Positions 35,301 to 47,500 of a stretch of 64,000 nt of DNA are shown here, one piece after another. The notes beneath the pieces are model-generated. The model was not told where the DNA came from. It saw only the letters and a list, made by a program, of their open reading frames with translations, and ran no database searches. A program made the position numbers and the translations under genes. This DNA is from Takakia lepidozioides (taxonomy: Eukaryota > Plantae > Bryophyta), in NCBI GenBank assembly GCA_030704615.1, contig CM060732.1, forward strand, positions 65,038,001-65,102,000, read 5' to 3'. The first letter of the stretch is position 1. Each line of letters starts with the position of its first letter.

Positions 35301-37202
35301 GTTATAACCGCTTCACTAGACAAGCTCTTAGAATAAAATGCAAAAAATACGCTCTGCTGATCCGAATCCTTTGACGAAGAGGCTGGTAGTCGCACACTTC
35401 ACTGTTATGATTGTTGGGTCGGAGGGAGTATTCATACAGGGCATCAAATCCCTTCATGATACCCCAATATCTGCCCCAAACGTCCGAAAAATCAAATCAG
35501 CTTAAGCGGCTGTGTGCATTGTAGGCCAAGTGGTAAATGGCATGGGCCCCACTTGGCCGCCAAGTTAGCATGTTTTAGAAACATTCACCTCATATCCACA
35601 TGCTCTCTCCCCGCAATCATTAGTTACAAATGCAGATTTGATCACCCAACCAGTGACCTAATAGTTTGCTCACCTACACAACCAAGTTGTAGCCCTAATG
35701 GGCACATCCCACCTCGGAAGTGGTTGTGGGTTCAATTCACTGACTGGTGTCACAAAGTTGTCCATCTTGCCCCAAGGCAGTAGCCCTTCCGGAGACACCA
35801 TACTTTACGCTATAGTTATATATTATATTATTACGCTCACCTATATAGGATCCACCCCCAAAAAGAGACAGTAGCAAAAAGTCTGTCCCTTGTTTTTTTT
35901 TTTTTTTTAAATTTGAAAGGACGTTTTTTGGAGCTTGTTCTCTCCAACATGTGGGTATCTGAGGACATTTAAGTCCTTGGGAAGGTTTGGGAAACTGTGT
36001 TGCTATTGTTAGGAAAAAGCAAATTTAGTGTCAATGTTAGAATACTAAAATATCCACCTTCAAGACTACAAGCACTGGCGCGGTTACTGGGAAAGAGGTT
36101 ATTTTCTCCTCTCACTGGCCTGGTTTGTAAGCTGTCGCTCCCAGGTGTTTCCCTTTTCATTTTTATTTTTTTTTAAAGTTGTGTTTGGCAGGAGTCTTTT
36201 CTTTTTTCCTCTCTTCCTCTCTCTCTCTTTTCTTCTCCAGTATCAATATGATTCTCAACAACAGTTGCTCTCACTAATCAATGTCAATGCCTATCAAGGC
36301 CGTTAGACCACACAGACCCACAATGACTACTATGATATACTTATCTCTTTCAATGCATGTACTGGCCCACCTACGCCTCCATATTCTCCTTGTCAAAGGA
36401 TATTAGCCCATGTCAACTACCCGACATTCCTAACAACAATGACACTATCAATTGACAACAATAACACTATGCACTACGTCCTTGAATTCACATGCTGCCA
36501 TGACAGATTTCCATTGGCCTGACCCTGTCGTGGTGGAGCCTTCCACAACGCTGCACCCATACGAGTCACCCCCTAAAACCCCAACTCCGAGTACTTTGAC
36601 ACTTGTACACTAACTATCCAAAAAAACCCAAGTCTCACCTCCATTGCCAGCCCCTCATTGGCTGCTCTCTTTGTGACCATTCCCCAATTACTTATTGCTA
36701 CCCATATGGAGTGTTATACTTATTTGCATCGGCACTTTGCCATTGCAATGCTCAAAGAGAAAACCTAAAATTTTCAACAAGAAATATCAAGATGAGGTTA
36801 TTTGTCCCTTGTTCTCCTTTTTAGTTTGCCAAGTGAGAGGGCCTCTGTCCCTTTTTATTTTTCAAAAACAAATTCAAGATCAACGCATAAGGAAGCTGGA
36901 AAACGATGCCAGAAGAGGAAAAGCGGCTGATAGTGGGATTCTTTTCATCAATAACTACATCCATCAACTCCGAGGAAAAAGATAAAAAGTAAAGAATGTG
37001 TGTTCTGAATCCCCCCACACCGACAAAGAAATTGCACAAGACTGAGAGAAGCCTACATGAATACGGTGTAAGAACCCGCATTGGGAAATTCTGCTGCAGA
37101 AGATCCCTAAAAACACAAAGGAAAAAAGCTGGAAAATCTTTGCGAGAAGCAAACCTGTTTGAAAATCACTTTTGCAAGATCAAAAGAAGGCCTAAAGCAC
37201 AT

Positions 37203-37206
<4 letters not shown>

Positions 37207-37234
<28 letters not shown>
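37207..37234. repeat. (AT)n microsatellite
   Basis: Direct reading. Confidence 0.9.
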
Positions 37235-37237
<3 letters not shown>

Positions 37238-39018
37238 AAAGCTCTGTGCGCACTGCGGTGGGGCCCTCTATGTTAGGAGTCGCGAGTCACGACTTTGATA
37301 ACGCCACAAAGATGTAGGCCTCAAAAGTCATAAGACTCAACGGTGAGCTGTTTGACTGCTTGCGCAGGCAGACTGGGGACTTTTGACTTTAGTCCACCAA
37401 CATTAAGAAACTATGGGGACAAGTCAAAGTGCAGTGTGCACCCCACAATCGCTCCGGTCCCTGAGCCTTGTCGTGCTGCTGCCTCCTGACACCCACCTAA
37501 AAACTCTTTCAGGTCCATTGAATCTTTGACTTGATGCCCACAACACTCACTTGCTCCCTCAATCAGTCAGTCCTCTGCAAGCATTGCCTTCTGTAGGAGG
37601 CTCGGAGTTCAAATTCCATCGAAGATGAAGGTTGTCAAGATTCCTCACTAGTATAGGTAGTGGACACTTTTACACATAAGGATCTAATGACATCAGCCAG
37701 TCAGCTATGTAGCTATTTTACAGCTGGGTTTTCCCTGTATCCAATGGATGTTGTACATAAGCTTATTCCTCTTGCTCAGAAATAGCGGGCCAGCTCCCCA
37801 GTCTCTTTGGATGCTAGTTTCTGCTGTAGTTCATATTTAGTTCTGAAGTTGTGATGAACTTGAAGCTCCCGACCAGAGGAAATATGTTCCAGAGGCTTTC
37901 ACCCGTTTCGAAACCTTTGGCGTCCCACCTCCAGAGTCTTAGGGAAGGGTACAGTAGGTGTACAGGCCCGCCCATCGAGAGCAATTAGCTCTTTCCATCG
38001 TCCTTTCACTTTCATTTTTGCCAGTCTTCAAGTTCAACTTCCTCAAAGCTTTCCACGTGGGCCCACAGCCATTGGTCGCCGCTGGTTATGTGTGAGGTTT
38101 CTTTGTCAATGACATATCATTGGAACAGCAAGTTCAACGAATCTTGGATGTCCTCTTTTAGCAAGGCGAGAACAGGCCAGCCAACTTCTTCCCAAAAGAC
38201 AAGAGGCATCTGCGGTGTGTCTGAGATTCAGAAGTGAAGGCAGGCTCCGGCATTTGGGCTGGCATCTCTGAGACGACGAAGACACATCGACGGTCAATCG
38301 TTCGGTGGGGGCATGAATCCGTAAGGGTTCGCACGTTCTCACCTGCTAAGTAGAGCGTGACATCCTTTGATTTCAGTTCAACGCCTCCAGGACTCCGACC
38401 ACACACCTGCACCTATTCCAATTCTACCGAGCTTTGTACCCTAACCCATTTGTCCCACTCTCTTTGGGAGTTTGGTAGCCAAAAACCTGAGAGAGGACTG
38501 TTGCATGTTAACAACCATCTGTGAAGACATAGCCAAAGATCTAAAGCTTTCTAAGTTACACAAAGATGGAGGGAGGAGAACTGCACTTGTTATGAGTTTT
38601 GCTGTAAAAATGGCTTGTGGTTGCAATCATAAACTTTTTTTTTTTTTTTTTTTTGGTTGATCAACAGGGGACAGCGGCCCTGAAAATTTTATTAATAAGG
38701 CAAAATTTGGAAGACAAGCAAGGAAAAAATAACCTTGGAGGGAAGCCATAAGACCAACAGAGGAGGCACTACTCAGTGACCGGAGTTGAAAAGGAGGTCA
38801 TATGAAGGCTACTGGACTTAGAGATGCATACCATGAGGGCCTATCATTATACCCTGGACTCAAAGATGCAAACCGTGAGGGCCTATCATCTTACACCCTC
38901 TTGCAAGGTTCAAAGGAGATTTGCACCCTCGACTTAACCTTCCTATAACTACGTTTGTGGTGCCAATTTACTTCCTGCTCCTCGCCTTCCGCAAGGGAGA
39001 TTTTAGCGCTGATGGAAC

Positions 39019-39237
39019 AAAGCCACACCTTGTGATCGCGGTTGTCCCATCATCGTGCACGCCTTCATGCCCCGATTCTAGGTCTTGAGTCTCTGTCTGC
39101 CCCCTATCCCACCAGCTTTGCTCGTCATTGTACATTGAGAAAAAGCCACACCTTGCGATCGCGGTTGCCCCACCTTCATGCCCCGATTCTAGGTCTTGAG
39201 TCCATGTCTGTCCCTATCCCACCAGCTCCGCTCGTCG
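39019..39237. repeat. Two-copy ~100-120 bp direct repeat
   Basis: aaagccacaccttg.gatcgcggttg...ccttcatgccccgattctaggtcttgagtc...ccctatcccaccagct occurs twice. Confidence 0.8.
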
Positions 39238-39499
39238 TCTTTCATGATCAGACTCGACACTATAAGAAAACAAACATAGCTCTGTCATGTTTGTCTTTCA
39301 CGATCAAACTCGACACAAAGAAAACAAACAGATGCCACAATGGCAGGGAAGACAAAAAAAACGCGAAGTCCCCTCACTCATGATTGGATGGATGAATGTA
39401 GCAATAGATGGATGGATTTTGGGTTTTCCATCAACACACAAACCACTAAAGTTTTTCACCACAGAAGTAATATCAATCACTGGTGTGTATGTAATCACT

Positions 39500-39965
39500 A
39501 ACGCGTAACCACTGTCCGAGTGGTTCCAACCACTAGCAGAGTGGTTCCAGTTACTAAATGGTTTGTAACCACTCACTCTACACCACTCTCAAAGTGGTAC
39601 CAATCAATGGGGGTCTTTAACCACTCCAGATCTACATATACTGTCCCCGTCCACGTGAAATAATATAGTTCATAATTAAATATATTTTGAAATGATAAAT
39701 CTTAAATAAAAATTGAATTATTACACGTGGAGTAGCAAGTGGTTTCAATCACCTCCCACTCACAACCCACCCCAGAAGTAGTACCAATCGCTCACATGTA
39801 TGTAACCACTCACAAGTGCCCACTTGAAGAGTGGTTCTAGTTACAAAAGGGTCTTAACCACTCACATTCCACCACTGTGCAAGTGGTACCAATCACTGGG
39901 TCTTTAACCACTCCAGATCTACGTATATTATCCTCGTCCACGTGGAATAATATATTTTGAAATGA
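39500..39965. repeat. ~290 bp-period duplication rich in AACCACT/AGTGGTT motifs (probable DNA-transposon subterminal remnant)
   Basis: aagtggtaccaatca...ggtctttaaccactccagatctac...gtccacgtg.aataatata at ~39592 and ~39881. Confidence 0.65.
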
Positions 39966-41599
39966 TTTCTGTATTACTATACCAAGGCATGCTAGCATGC
40001 ATCAATTGAGTTATTCGGTGAATGGTTTCGCTGCCGGGTCCTCCTCCTCGCCCTGCGTGGCTGACACCGTCAAGTGCAGATGATCGCGTTGCTAGATCTG
40101 CTCACGTAGTAAGTACTTGAGACCGTTTCATGATTTCTGCGCTGCGATGCATTGCCACCCCTCCTCCACTACCTGTAATCTGTTTCCACTCCCTGCCCCT
40201 CTGCTCAAGCTTCTCTGGCGCGTTCGGAAGCAGCTGTAACTCTTGACTGGGCTTGACGCGGTGGAAAGTTGAATCCGGGCGACCTCTAAGGAGTATTGTT
40301 CCCAAGATGAAGCGGTCACTCTCAGTTTTGATAACGAGGGGGGTCACTTTGGCCTCCACGCTAATTTGCCAATCGTGAGCTGTTAGAAATTGACTGCATC
40401 ATGAGAAGCTTACTTTATTTTTCAAACCCTACTCTCTCCATTCTCACCGCCTCTTCACATATTTCCTCAGCTTTCGGGGTAAGTCGACACCAAGGCAGCT
40501 CCTCACCTTTTTCTCCCTCCAATAGCATGCATGTAGCTACTACACTCTCTAACAAACAAACCCAAGGATCCTTACCTGTAGAGAAAGCTAATCCACAAAC
40601 TAAGAATCAGAACCACTGAACCGACCTGTGCTTAACCTGTGATCTTACTACTCTTACTTTCCTTGGTCCATAGACCTCCTTTTCTTTCCTCTTGGTAGGA
40701 AAAGGTCTTGCATAACCCAAAATCCCATAGGATGATTGTCAAACCCTGTTCATTCCAGAAGATAGTTTTCCATCTGTGAATCTACAGAACTTTGTAAGAT
40801 TGTTCATATCATAATTTGGCAACAAGATGGTTTGGTGAAATTGTTGACATCATGGTCTGGGCGTGCCAAATCCTTAGTCTTCCTTTGTACAATCCCAAAA
40901 GGCATTGCAAGGCGCACCAATACCTTCATATTATGGTGGTGAAGATAACTTCAATTTAGCTCCTACACAGGCTCACTTGCTCTCAAGCTTTAAAATGGTA
41001 GAATGCATTACAGTCAAGAGATGCATTGAACCAAGAAAGCTTGGCAGACTGAAGTAACTCATCACTACGACCATTCAAGATACGTATTTAGGCACCCACC
41101 TTCCACAATCTGACCGAGACCCAACCCCAATACCTGTCACCGTCAAAGATTTCACCCACTATCCCAAGGAAGGGCAGGATAAAATCAATGCACGTGGAGT
41201 GAGCCCCGTGATGTGGCATTGGCGCAAGGTGACGTGGCGTGAGCGCAGTTGCGCTCACATGACCTGGCTCACGCCGAGGCATCCCTGTGGTGTGCACATG
41301 TGTTGTGTGGTTTTGGACAGCCATGTAGTTGTGTAGCGATACATATGCGCACGACAATATCGATATAAATCAGTTACCATCTTCAATGATGGAAATCCCA
41401 GTCACATGGAAACATGTCTCGAGTCAAATTGTACATGTCATTTAGAAGCAAGCCACCCTGTCTCCAAATGCTTACAAACCCAATTCAGGTTGCAGACCAA
41501 TTACTATCACAACCCACCCAGGCACAGATAGAGAATCACCTCCAGTTTCACACATCAGTCCTGCGTTGTTGAACACTTGAGTGATTCTAATTCCCAGAC

Positions 41600-41744
41600 C
41601 AGATCTTGAGCCCTTCTCTATGCTTCCGCAGCCCTGTCCTCTGCTACAGTTGCACGATCTTCAGCTTCATCTGCAGCTTCCATGAAGACTTCTCGACCAT
41701 TGTGGTAAAGTTCACACTCGTTCTCCAGACGTGCACATTCTTGG
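41600..41744 (-). pseudogene. Coiled-coil gene exon fragment with an in-frame stop
   Basis: Minus strand reads QECARLENECELYHNGREVFMEAADEAEDRATVAEDRAAEA*RRAQDL; parent gene not identified. Confidence 0.4.
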
Positions 41745-44185
41745 TTCTCCTCGTCTCTGTTATCTGTTTTTGGATACTTTCCTGTTGTCACATTGGCAGT
41801 ATCATGTCAAAGTCACTCCAAATAAGATTCACTCAACCAACTAACTTGCAGAATTCAACATAGAAATTTAGGGCCGATTCTGACAAGAGGAAAAAACGGA
41901 GTGAAATGTGTTGAAGAAGGTGCCTTCATTAGCAGTGCTTGATTTTAGCCATTGTGCCGCTGCTGCCCTAGTTGACTATCTGTTTCTTGTAGCTATCCTT
42001 CCACAAGGAATCATAGGTAATCTAGAGCTTGAAATCCGGCCCTTTTGGATGAATCTAGACCCACACTCGATCCCTGCTCCTTCAGCTATCCATGCCAGTG
42101 TACAAATCGTGAATAAATCCTCAGCCTTGCTACTAACAGCTGAAGCAGCTGACACTGACGACGTAAAGTTCCTCCAACAAACACCCCAACCCTACTTACA
42201 ATAACTTGTCAAAATCACTCCAAAACCACCATAGATCCACCAACAAGCTTCTCCTCATCTATGCTATCTGTTTTTGGATACTTTCCTGCTGCCACATCGG
42301 CAATAACTTGTCAAAGTCACTCATAACCACCATAGATCCACCCAACGAGCTAACTTACAGAATTGTATACGCATCTCAGGGCCGAGGCTGATGAGAGGGC
42401 AAAACAGGTAGATTCAGCCATATTGTTGAATACTCCCTCCACATTTGGCATACATGTCCACAAGGGTATTGTTCAGAATTACACCTAGTACAATTTCAGC
42501 TTTGGCGATGCAACCATGCACCTCTTTGCCCTTTTCCAGGGCTGCCAGGTTTATTGTAGCTATTGATCCACATGGAATCATAGGTCATTTGGAGCTTGAA
42601 GTCCGGCCCTCTTGGATGAATCTATCCACCCAAGCACTATCCCTGCACCTTTCGCTATCCATGCCTCTGCACAAATACATACATCTTTGCCTTGCTGCTA
42701 ACAGTTGACAATGACAGCCTAGATTTGTTCTAGGAAACACCCAACTCAACTTATCACACTAGTTCCTATGCTCAGTTGCATCTGCTACTCTCTGTAATCC
42801 AACAGGCATTCACCTTTTGCCTCCATTGTCTCACCATTGACTGGGGTCAGAAAAGTATTCATTCCACAGCCTTTCCTCGTCTCTGTTACCTGTTTCTGGA
42901 TACTTCCCTGTTGTCACATTGGCAGTATCATGTCAAAGTCACTCCAAACTATCAAAGGTTCACTCAACCAGCTAACTTGCAGAATTCAACATGAAAATTA
43001 GGGCCGACTGTCATAAGAGGGAAAAACAGGGTGAAATATGTTGAAGAAGGTGCCTTCATTAGCAGTGCCTGAATTTATCAATTGTACCGCTGCTGCTGCG
43101 GTTTACAGTTGACCATCTACCCATGCAGGTTTCTTGTAGCTATCATTCTACAGGGAATCATACGTGATATGGTGCTTGAAATCCGGCCCTTGGATGAATC
43201 TGGACAAATGATTTGTCTTTGTAAACATAGTCTGGACAGCCGCATTGAGAAGATGAGGGATAATGTTCTGAAAATGAACTCCACGCTTCTTTCACAATTC
43301 GATGACGAAAAACATTCACTTTTTTGTCCATTGTCCCACCATTGACTGGGGTCGGAAAATTGTTCATCTCCTCATCTCTGTTATCTTTTTTTGGATACTT
43401 TCATGCTGCCACATCGACAGTAACTTATCAAAGTCACTCCAAACCACCACAGATCCACCCAACGAGCTAATTTACAGAATTCAATATGCATCTCAGGGCA
43501 GAGTCTGATGAGAGGGCAAAACAAGCAGAAATAGGTTGAAGAAGAAGGTGCCCTCACCACATTGTCCTTGACCTTGTTTCATGTCCCATGGAGACCTGCT
43601 AGCAGCTGACACTGACAGACATTCACCTTTATGCCTCGATTGTCCCACCATTGACGGGGGTCAGAAAAGTATTCATTCCACAGCTTCTCCTCATCTCTGT
43701 TACCTATTTTTGGATACTTTCCTGTTGTCACACTGGCAGTATCATGTCAAAGTCACTCCAAACTATCAAAGGTTAACTCAACCAGCTAATTTGCAGAATT
43801 CAACATGAAAATTTAGGGCCGATTCTGATAAGAGGGGAAAACAGGGTGAAATGTGTTGAAGAAGGTGACTGCATTAGCAGTGCTTCGTTCTATCAATTGT
43901 GCCGCTACCGCTGCTGTTTTCAGTTGACTGCGGTCGGAAAAGTGTTCACTCCAAAGTTTCTCCTCATCTTTGCTATCTGTTTTTGGATATTTTCCTACTG
44001 CCACATCGGCAGTAACTTGTCAAAGTCACTCCAAACCACCACAGATCCACCTACGAGCTAACTTACAGAATTCAATATACATCTCAGGGCCGAGTCTGAT
44101 GCAAGGGCAAAACAGGCTGAAATAGGTCGAAGAAGAAGGTGCCCTCACCACATTGTCCATGACCTTGTGTCATCATCCATGCAGG
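41745..44185 (-). repeat. Degenerate (AB)x3 repeat array related to the PPR leader family
   Basis: Six cores ggatact/tttc.tg...gtcaaagtcactc at ~41771, 42276, 42898, 43393, 43712, 43985, alternating between two subtypes; reverse complement catgaaacaaggtcaaggacaatgtggtga matches catgatacaaggtcaagcacaatctgctga at ~16653. Confidence 0.8.
42415..42549 (-). pseudogene. PPR L-S motif fragment embedded in the repeat array
   Basis: LAALEKGKEVHGCIAKAEIVLGVILNNTLVDMYAKCG. Confidence 0.85.
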
Positions 44186-46579
44186 ATTTGGCTGACCATC
44201 ACCCCCAAAAAACCTCTTGTGTGTGCTGCTTGTGTCTGTAGACGGGTAATGTCGGGTTGGTCTGTGAGAACCACCAAGGTGTAGCTGAGCAGGCAGAGAT
44301 TGAAAAAATGCTTGCTAAGACCAAGCTGAATCTCCCAAGAACCTTGTAAACATCATGAACAATACCAAATCATGGTACTAAGAGCCCACACTTGCAGGAT
44401 GGACAAACTTCTTCACATCACACATTCAGAAAAGCGACACCTTGCAATTGAGGTTGTCCCACCATGTGCAAGAGTTGCTGATGTGTACTCACAATCTGTG
44501 AACGTCTCCAACGTCTCCATCTGCGAGTCGCGATCGGCTTGTGAAACCCCTCCTGCGGTTCAACAAGATCAAGACACGGGCAGGTTGGGCAGTTTCAAAA
44601 AACTGGCGTGACGAGTTCTATTCACGTTTCTCGGGCGGGCAGTTTGGGCAGACCCGACAGAATTTGACGATGAAACGTGGCGACGATGATGTGGCGACGA
44701 AAACGTGGTACTTTGGCACCCTATTCCTGCTCTATGCTAAACTAGCTTCCGACCTTCGGTCGTCGCTAGAATTTCCTAATCCTTTATTCTACAAATACAG
44801 GCTCGCAAGTGAGAGGGGAGCAAGGGGGGGGGGTAAGCGTAGTCTGCTCCAATATTATTTCTATTTAACTATTTATATCCGGAAGATAATAGAAATAATG
44901 TAGGAACTTAATGCACACGTGCAACCTCTGACAAGAAGGTCGCCGGTTTCCGGCATGTCAAATCTTCCCCACTCTCTCTTGAGAGTGCCATGGAACTGAC
45001 GGAGTGTCAACTCCAGTCGGGGTGACAATGGGTTACACGACGAGGTGTGTAACTCGACTTGGGGTTACACAGAATGGAGTGTAACTCCAGTCGGTGTAAC
45101 CCACACTTGGTCTCAAAATTTGTCTAAGTCGAAATATGGCTAAGTTTAAAATGGACTAACCAGTGTTCCATGAGAAATCGGGGTTATAGGAAGTTACACC
45201 AATTTGGAGGGTTACATTGTAAGAGTCTCCCATCAAGAATCGAACCTTGAACCTCGCCGCCTGCAATGCTATCACCTTAACGGCACGCTACCCACCACAG
45301 CTTGCAACCCACCAGTGTTGGACTGGTATCGTATTTTCAACACACCAGGCTGGTACTGGTTGTCATGGTTTTGTTTGTGATTAGTTAGAAATAGTTATTT
45401 CTAGTTAATTAGGACATTATACATTTATATTTGTATTTTATTGGCATTGGGACTTCATTTGGTTCCATGTGCCAAGTGAGGTAGCAAACCTCACTTGGGA
45501 CATGGGGAGGTTATCTCCACATGAGACGTAGGCAGGCTCGTTTTCTTCTAGTCGAGCCTCTCGAGGCCTCTCTCACCGCCATAGCTCTAGTACTTGAGAT
45601 GGAGAGTGGGTGAGGTATGTATGGTGGAGTCCTTTAGCAAAGGTGTCATTGGCTTGACTTATATAACGTGATAGAGTGGTTTTTCCTCTTTTCACCATTT
45701 CCGTATCACTAGAGGAAGACCTGCTTACATCGATGAGTGCAAGGTGTTAGCATAATTAGCACTTGTGTGGAGGAGAACTTGGTAGATAGCTCTTAAGTTA
45801 CAAGGTGTTACAAGGTTTGCAAGAGGAAAGCCTTGTGGTGTTTATGTACAAGAGGAGGTCTTCAAGGAGAGCCCTATTGAAAAGTTTGAGAGCTTGTGAA
45901 GCAGCTCTTATTTTGCAAGTGTTGCAGGGTTTGAGGAGTTCAAGAAGAGCTCGGGTGTTAAGGAAGCAAGCGGTGCATGTGTGGAGCATGGTTTCAGCTT
46001 GTAGGAGTCTTCAATTTCAAGCTTAGGAGAGCTATGAGTGGAGGTAGACATCTGATTTCTCTTTGGGGCAGAATAGTGTATTTGTAGAGATGAGGTTTCA
46101 ATCCCAAGCTTGGGAAGAGCATGTCTATGGAAGTGGCAAGTGCAGGGCTGGATTAGGAGCTCTAAGAGGTGCACTATGGCCATGGAAGGAAGCACACTAT
46201 GAGTACATGCGATGGCTAGAAGAGGGTATGCCATAGAAAGCTCAATAGCTTGTTCTATGTTTGTTTCAATAAGTTCCATAGAGAAAGAGAGCTTGTTGTG
46301 TGGCAAATAGCTTGCTCAGGGAGTTAAAGGCACTCTTGGTGGTCTATTGATGCTCAAGAAACCAGAACAGCACCTCTGGTTGCTCCGTAAAAGCCATAGC
46401 TCGTTGCAGCAATCGCAGAGGCAAAACGGCGCAAACCCTAGCTTGGGAACGCATGGGAACGCTTGGAAACGCGTGTGAACTCCTTGGGAACTTTTGGGAA
46501 TGTATGGGAACGTGTGGGAACCATTGCCCCAGAGTTGGGAGCACCACCATTGTCCCATCGGATCAACAATTGAGTCAGT

Positions 46580-46980
46580 GGATGACAATCGGTGCTCTTG
46601 GATGAGAATCGGTTGTAGTGGATGAAACTGTGCCAGCAGATGAAATTTCGTCAGCGGATGAACTATCACACTGTTGGATGAAAAATCGCGGCGATGGATG
46701 AAATCGTGGCAGCGGATGAACTATTGTGCCATCGGATGAAAAATCGTGGCAACGGATGAAACTGCGTCAGCGAATGAAATTGTGGCAGCGGATGAACTAT
46801 CGTGCCATCGGATGAAAAATTGCAGCAACGGTTGAAACTGCGCCAGCAGATGAAATATCGCACCAGTGGATGAAATATCGCACGGACGGATGAACTATCG
46901 CGGCGGATGAACTATCGGACCTACGGATGAGAAATCGCGGTTTTGGATGAAATTTGGTAAGTGACGGATGAAAAATCGAC
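46580..46980. repeat. Minisatellite of ~20 units, 17-21 bp, anchored on GGATGAA
   Basis: ggatgaaaaatcgtggcaac / ggatgaactatcgtgccatc and variants. Confidence 0.9.
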
Positions 46981-46994
46981 TGACTGTGGATATT

Positions 46995-47500
46995 TTTGGA
47001 GCCTTTTAGGGGCTTGTTTGAGGACTATTTGGGGTCTATTGAGGCCAATATCTTGCAGGTATTGGGGCCTGCTTTGAGGACTATTTGGGGTCTATTGAGG
47101 CCAATATCTTGCAGGCTTGTGGAGCCTGCTTGGGGCTGTTTGAAGGACTATTTGGGGTCCTTTGAGGCCAATATTTTGCAGGCCTGTGGAGCCTTGTGAG
47201 GGCTGGTTGGATGACGATTGGAGGTCCTTGGAGGCCCATATTGGGCAGACTTATGGAACTTTCTAAGAGCTCTTTAGGGGACTATTGGAGGTCCTTGGAG
47301 GCCAATACTTGGCAGATTTGAGGAGCTTCTTAAGGGTTGTTGGAGGACTGTTGGAGGTCCTTGGAGGCCAATACTTGGCAGATTTGTGGAGCTTCTTAAG
47401 GGCTGTTTGGAGGACTGTTGGAGGCCCTTGGAGGCCATATTGGGCAGGCTTGTGGAACCATTGTGAGGGCTGGTTGGAGACCTTGGAGGTCACTAATTGG
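46995..47500. repeat. Degenerate ~55-65 bp tandem repeat
   Basis: gaggactatttggggtctattgaggccaatatcttgcagg / ggaggtccttggaggccaatacttggcagatt variants, ~7 copies. Confidence 0.85.

Noticed and set aside
37570-38430. Coding-like minus-strand tract, possibly an L1 ORF2 3' remnant
   Set aside because: Many stops and no diagnostic motif I can name with confidence.
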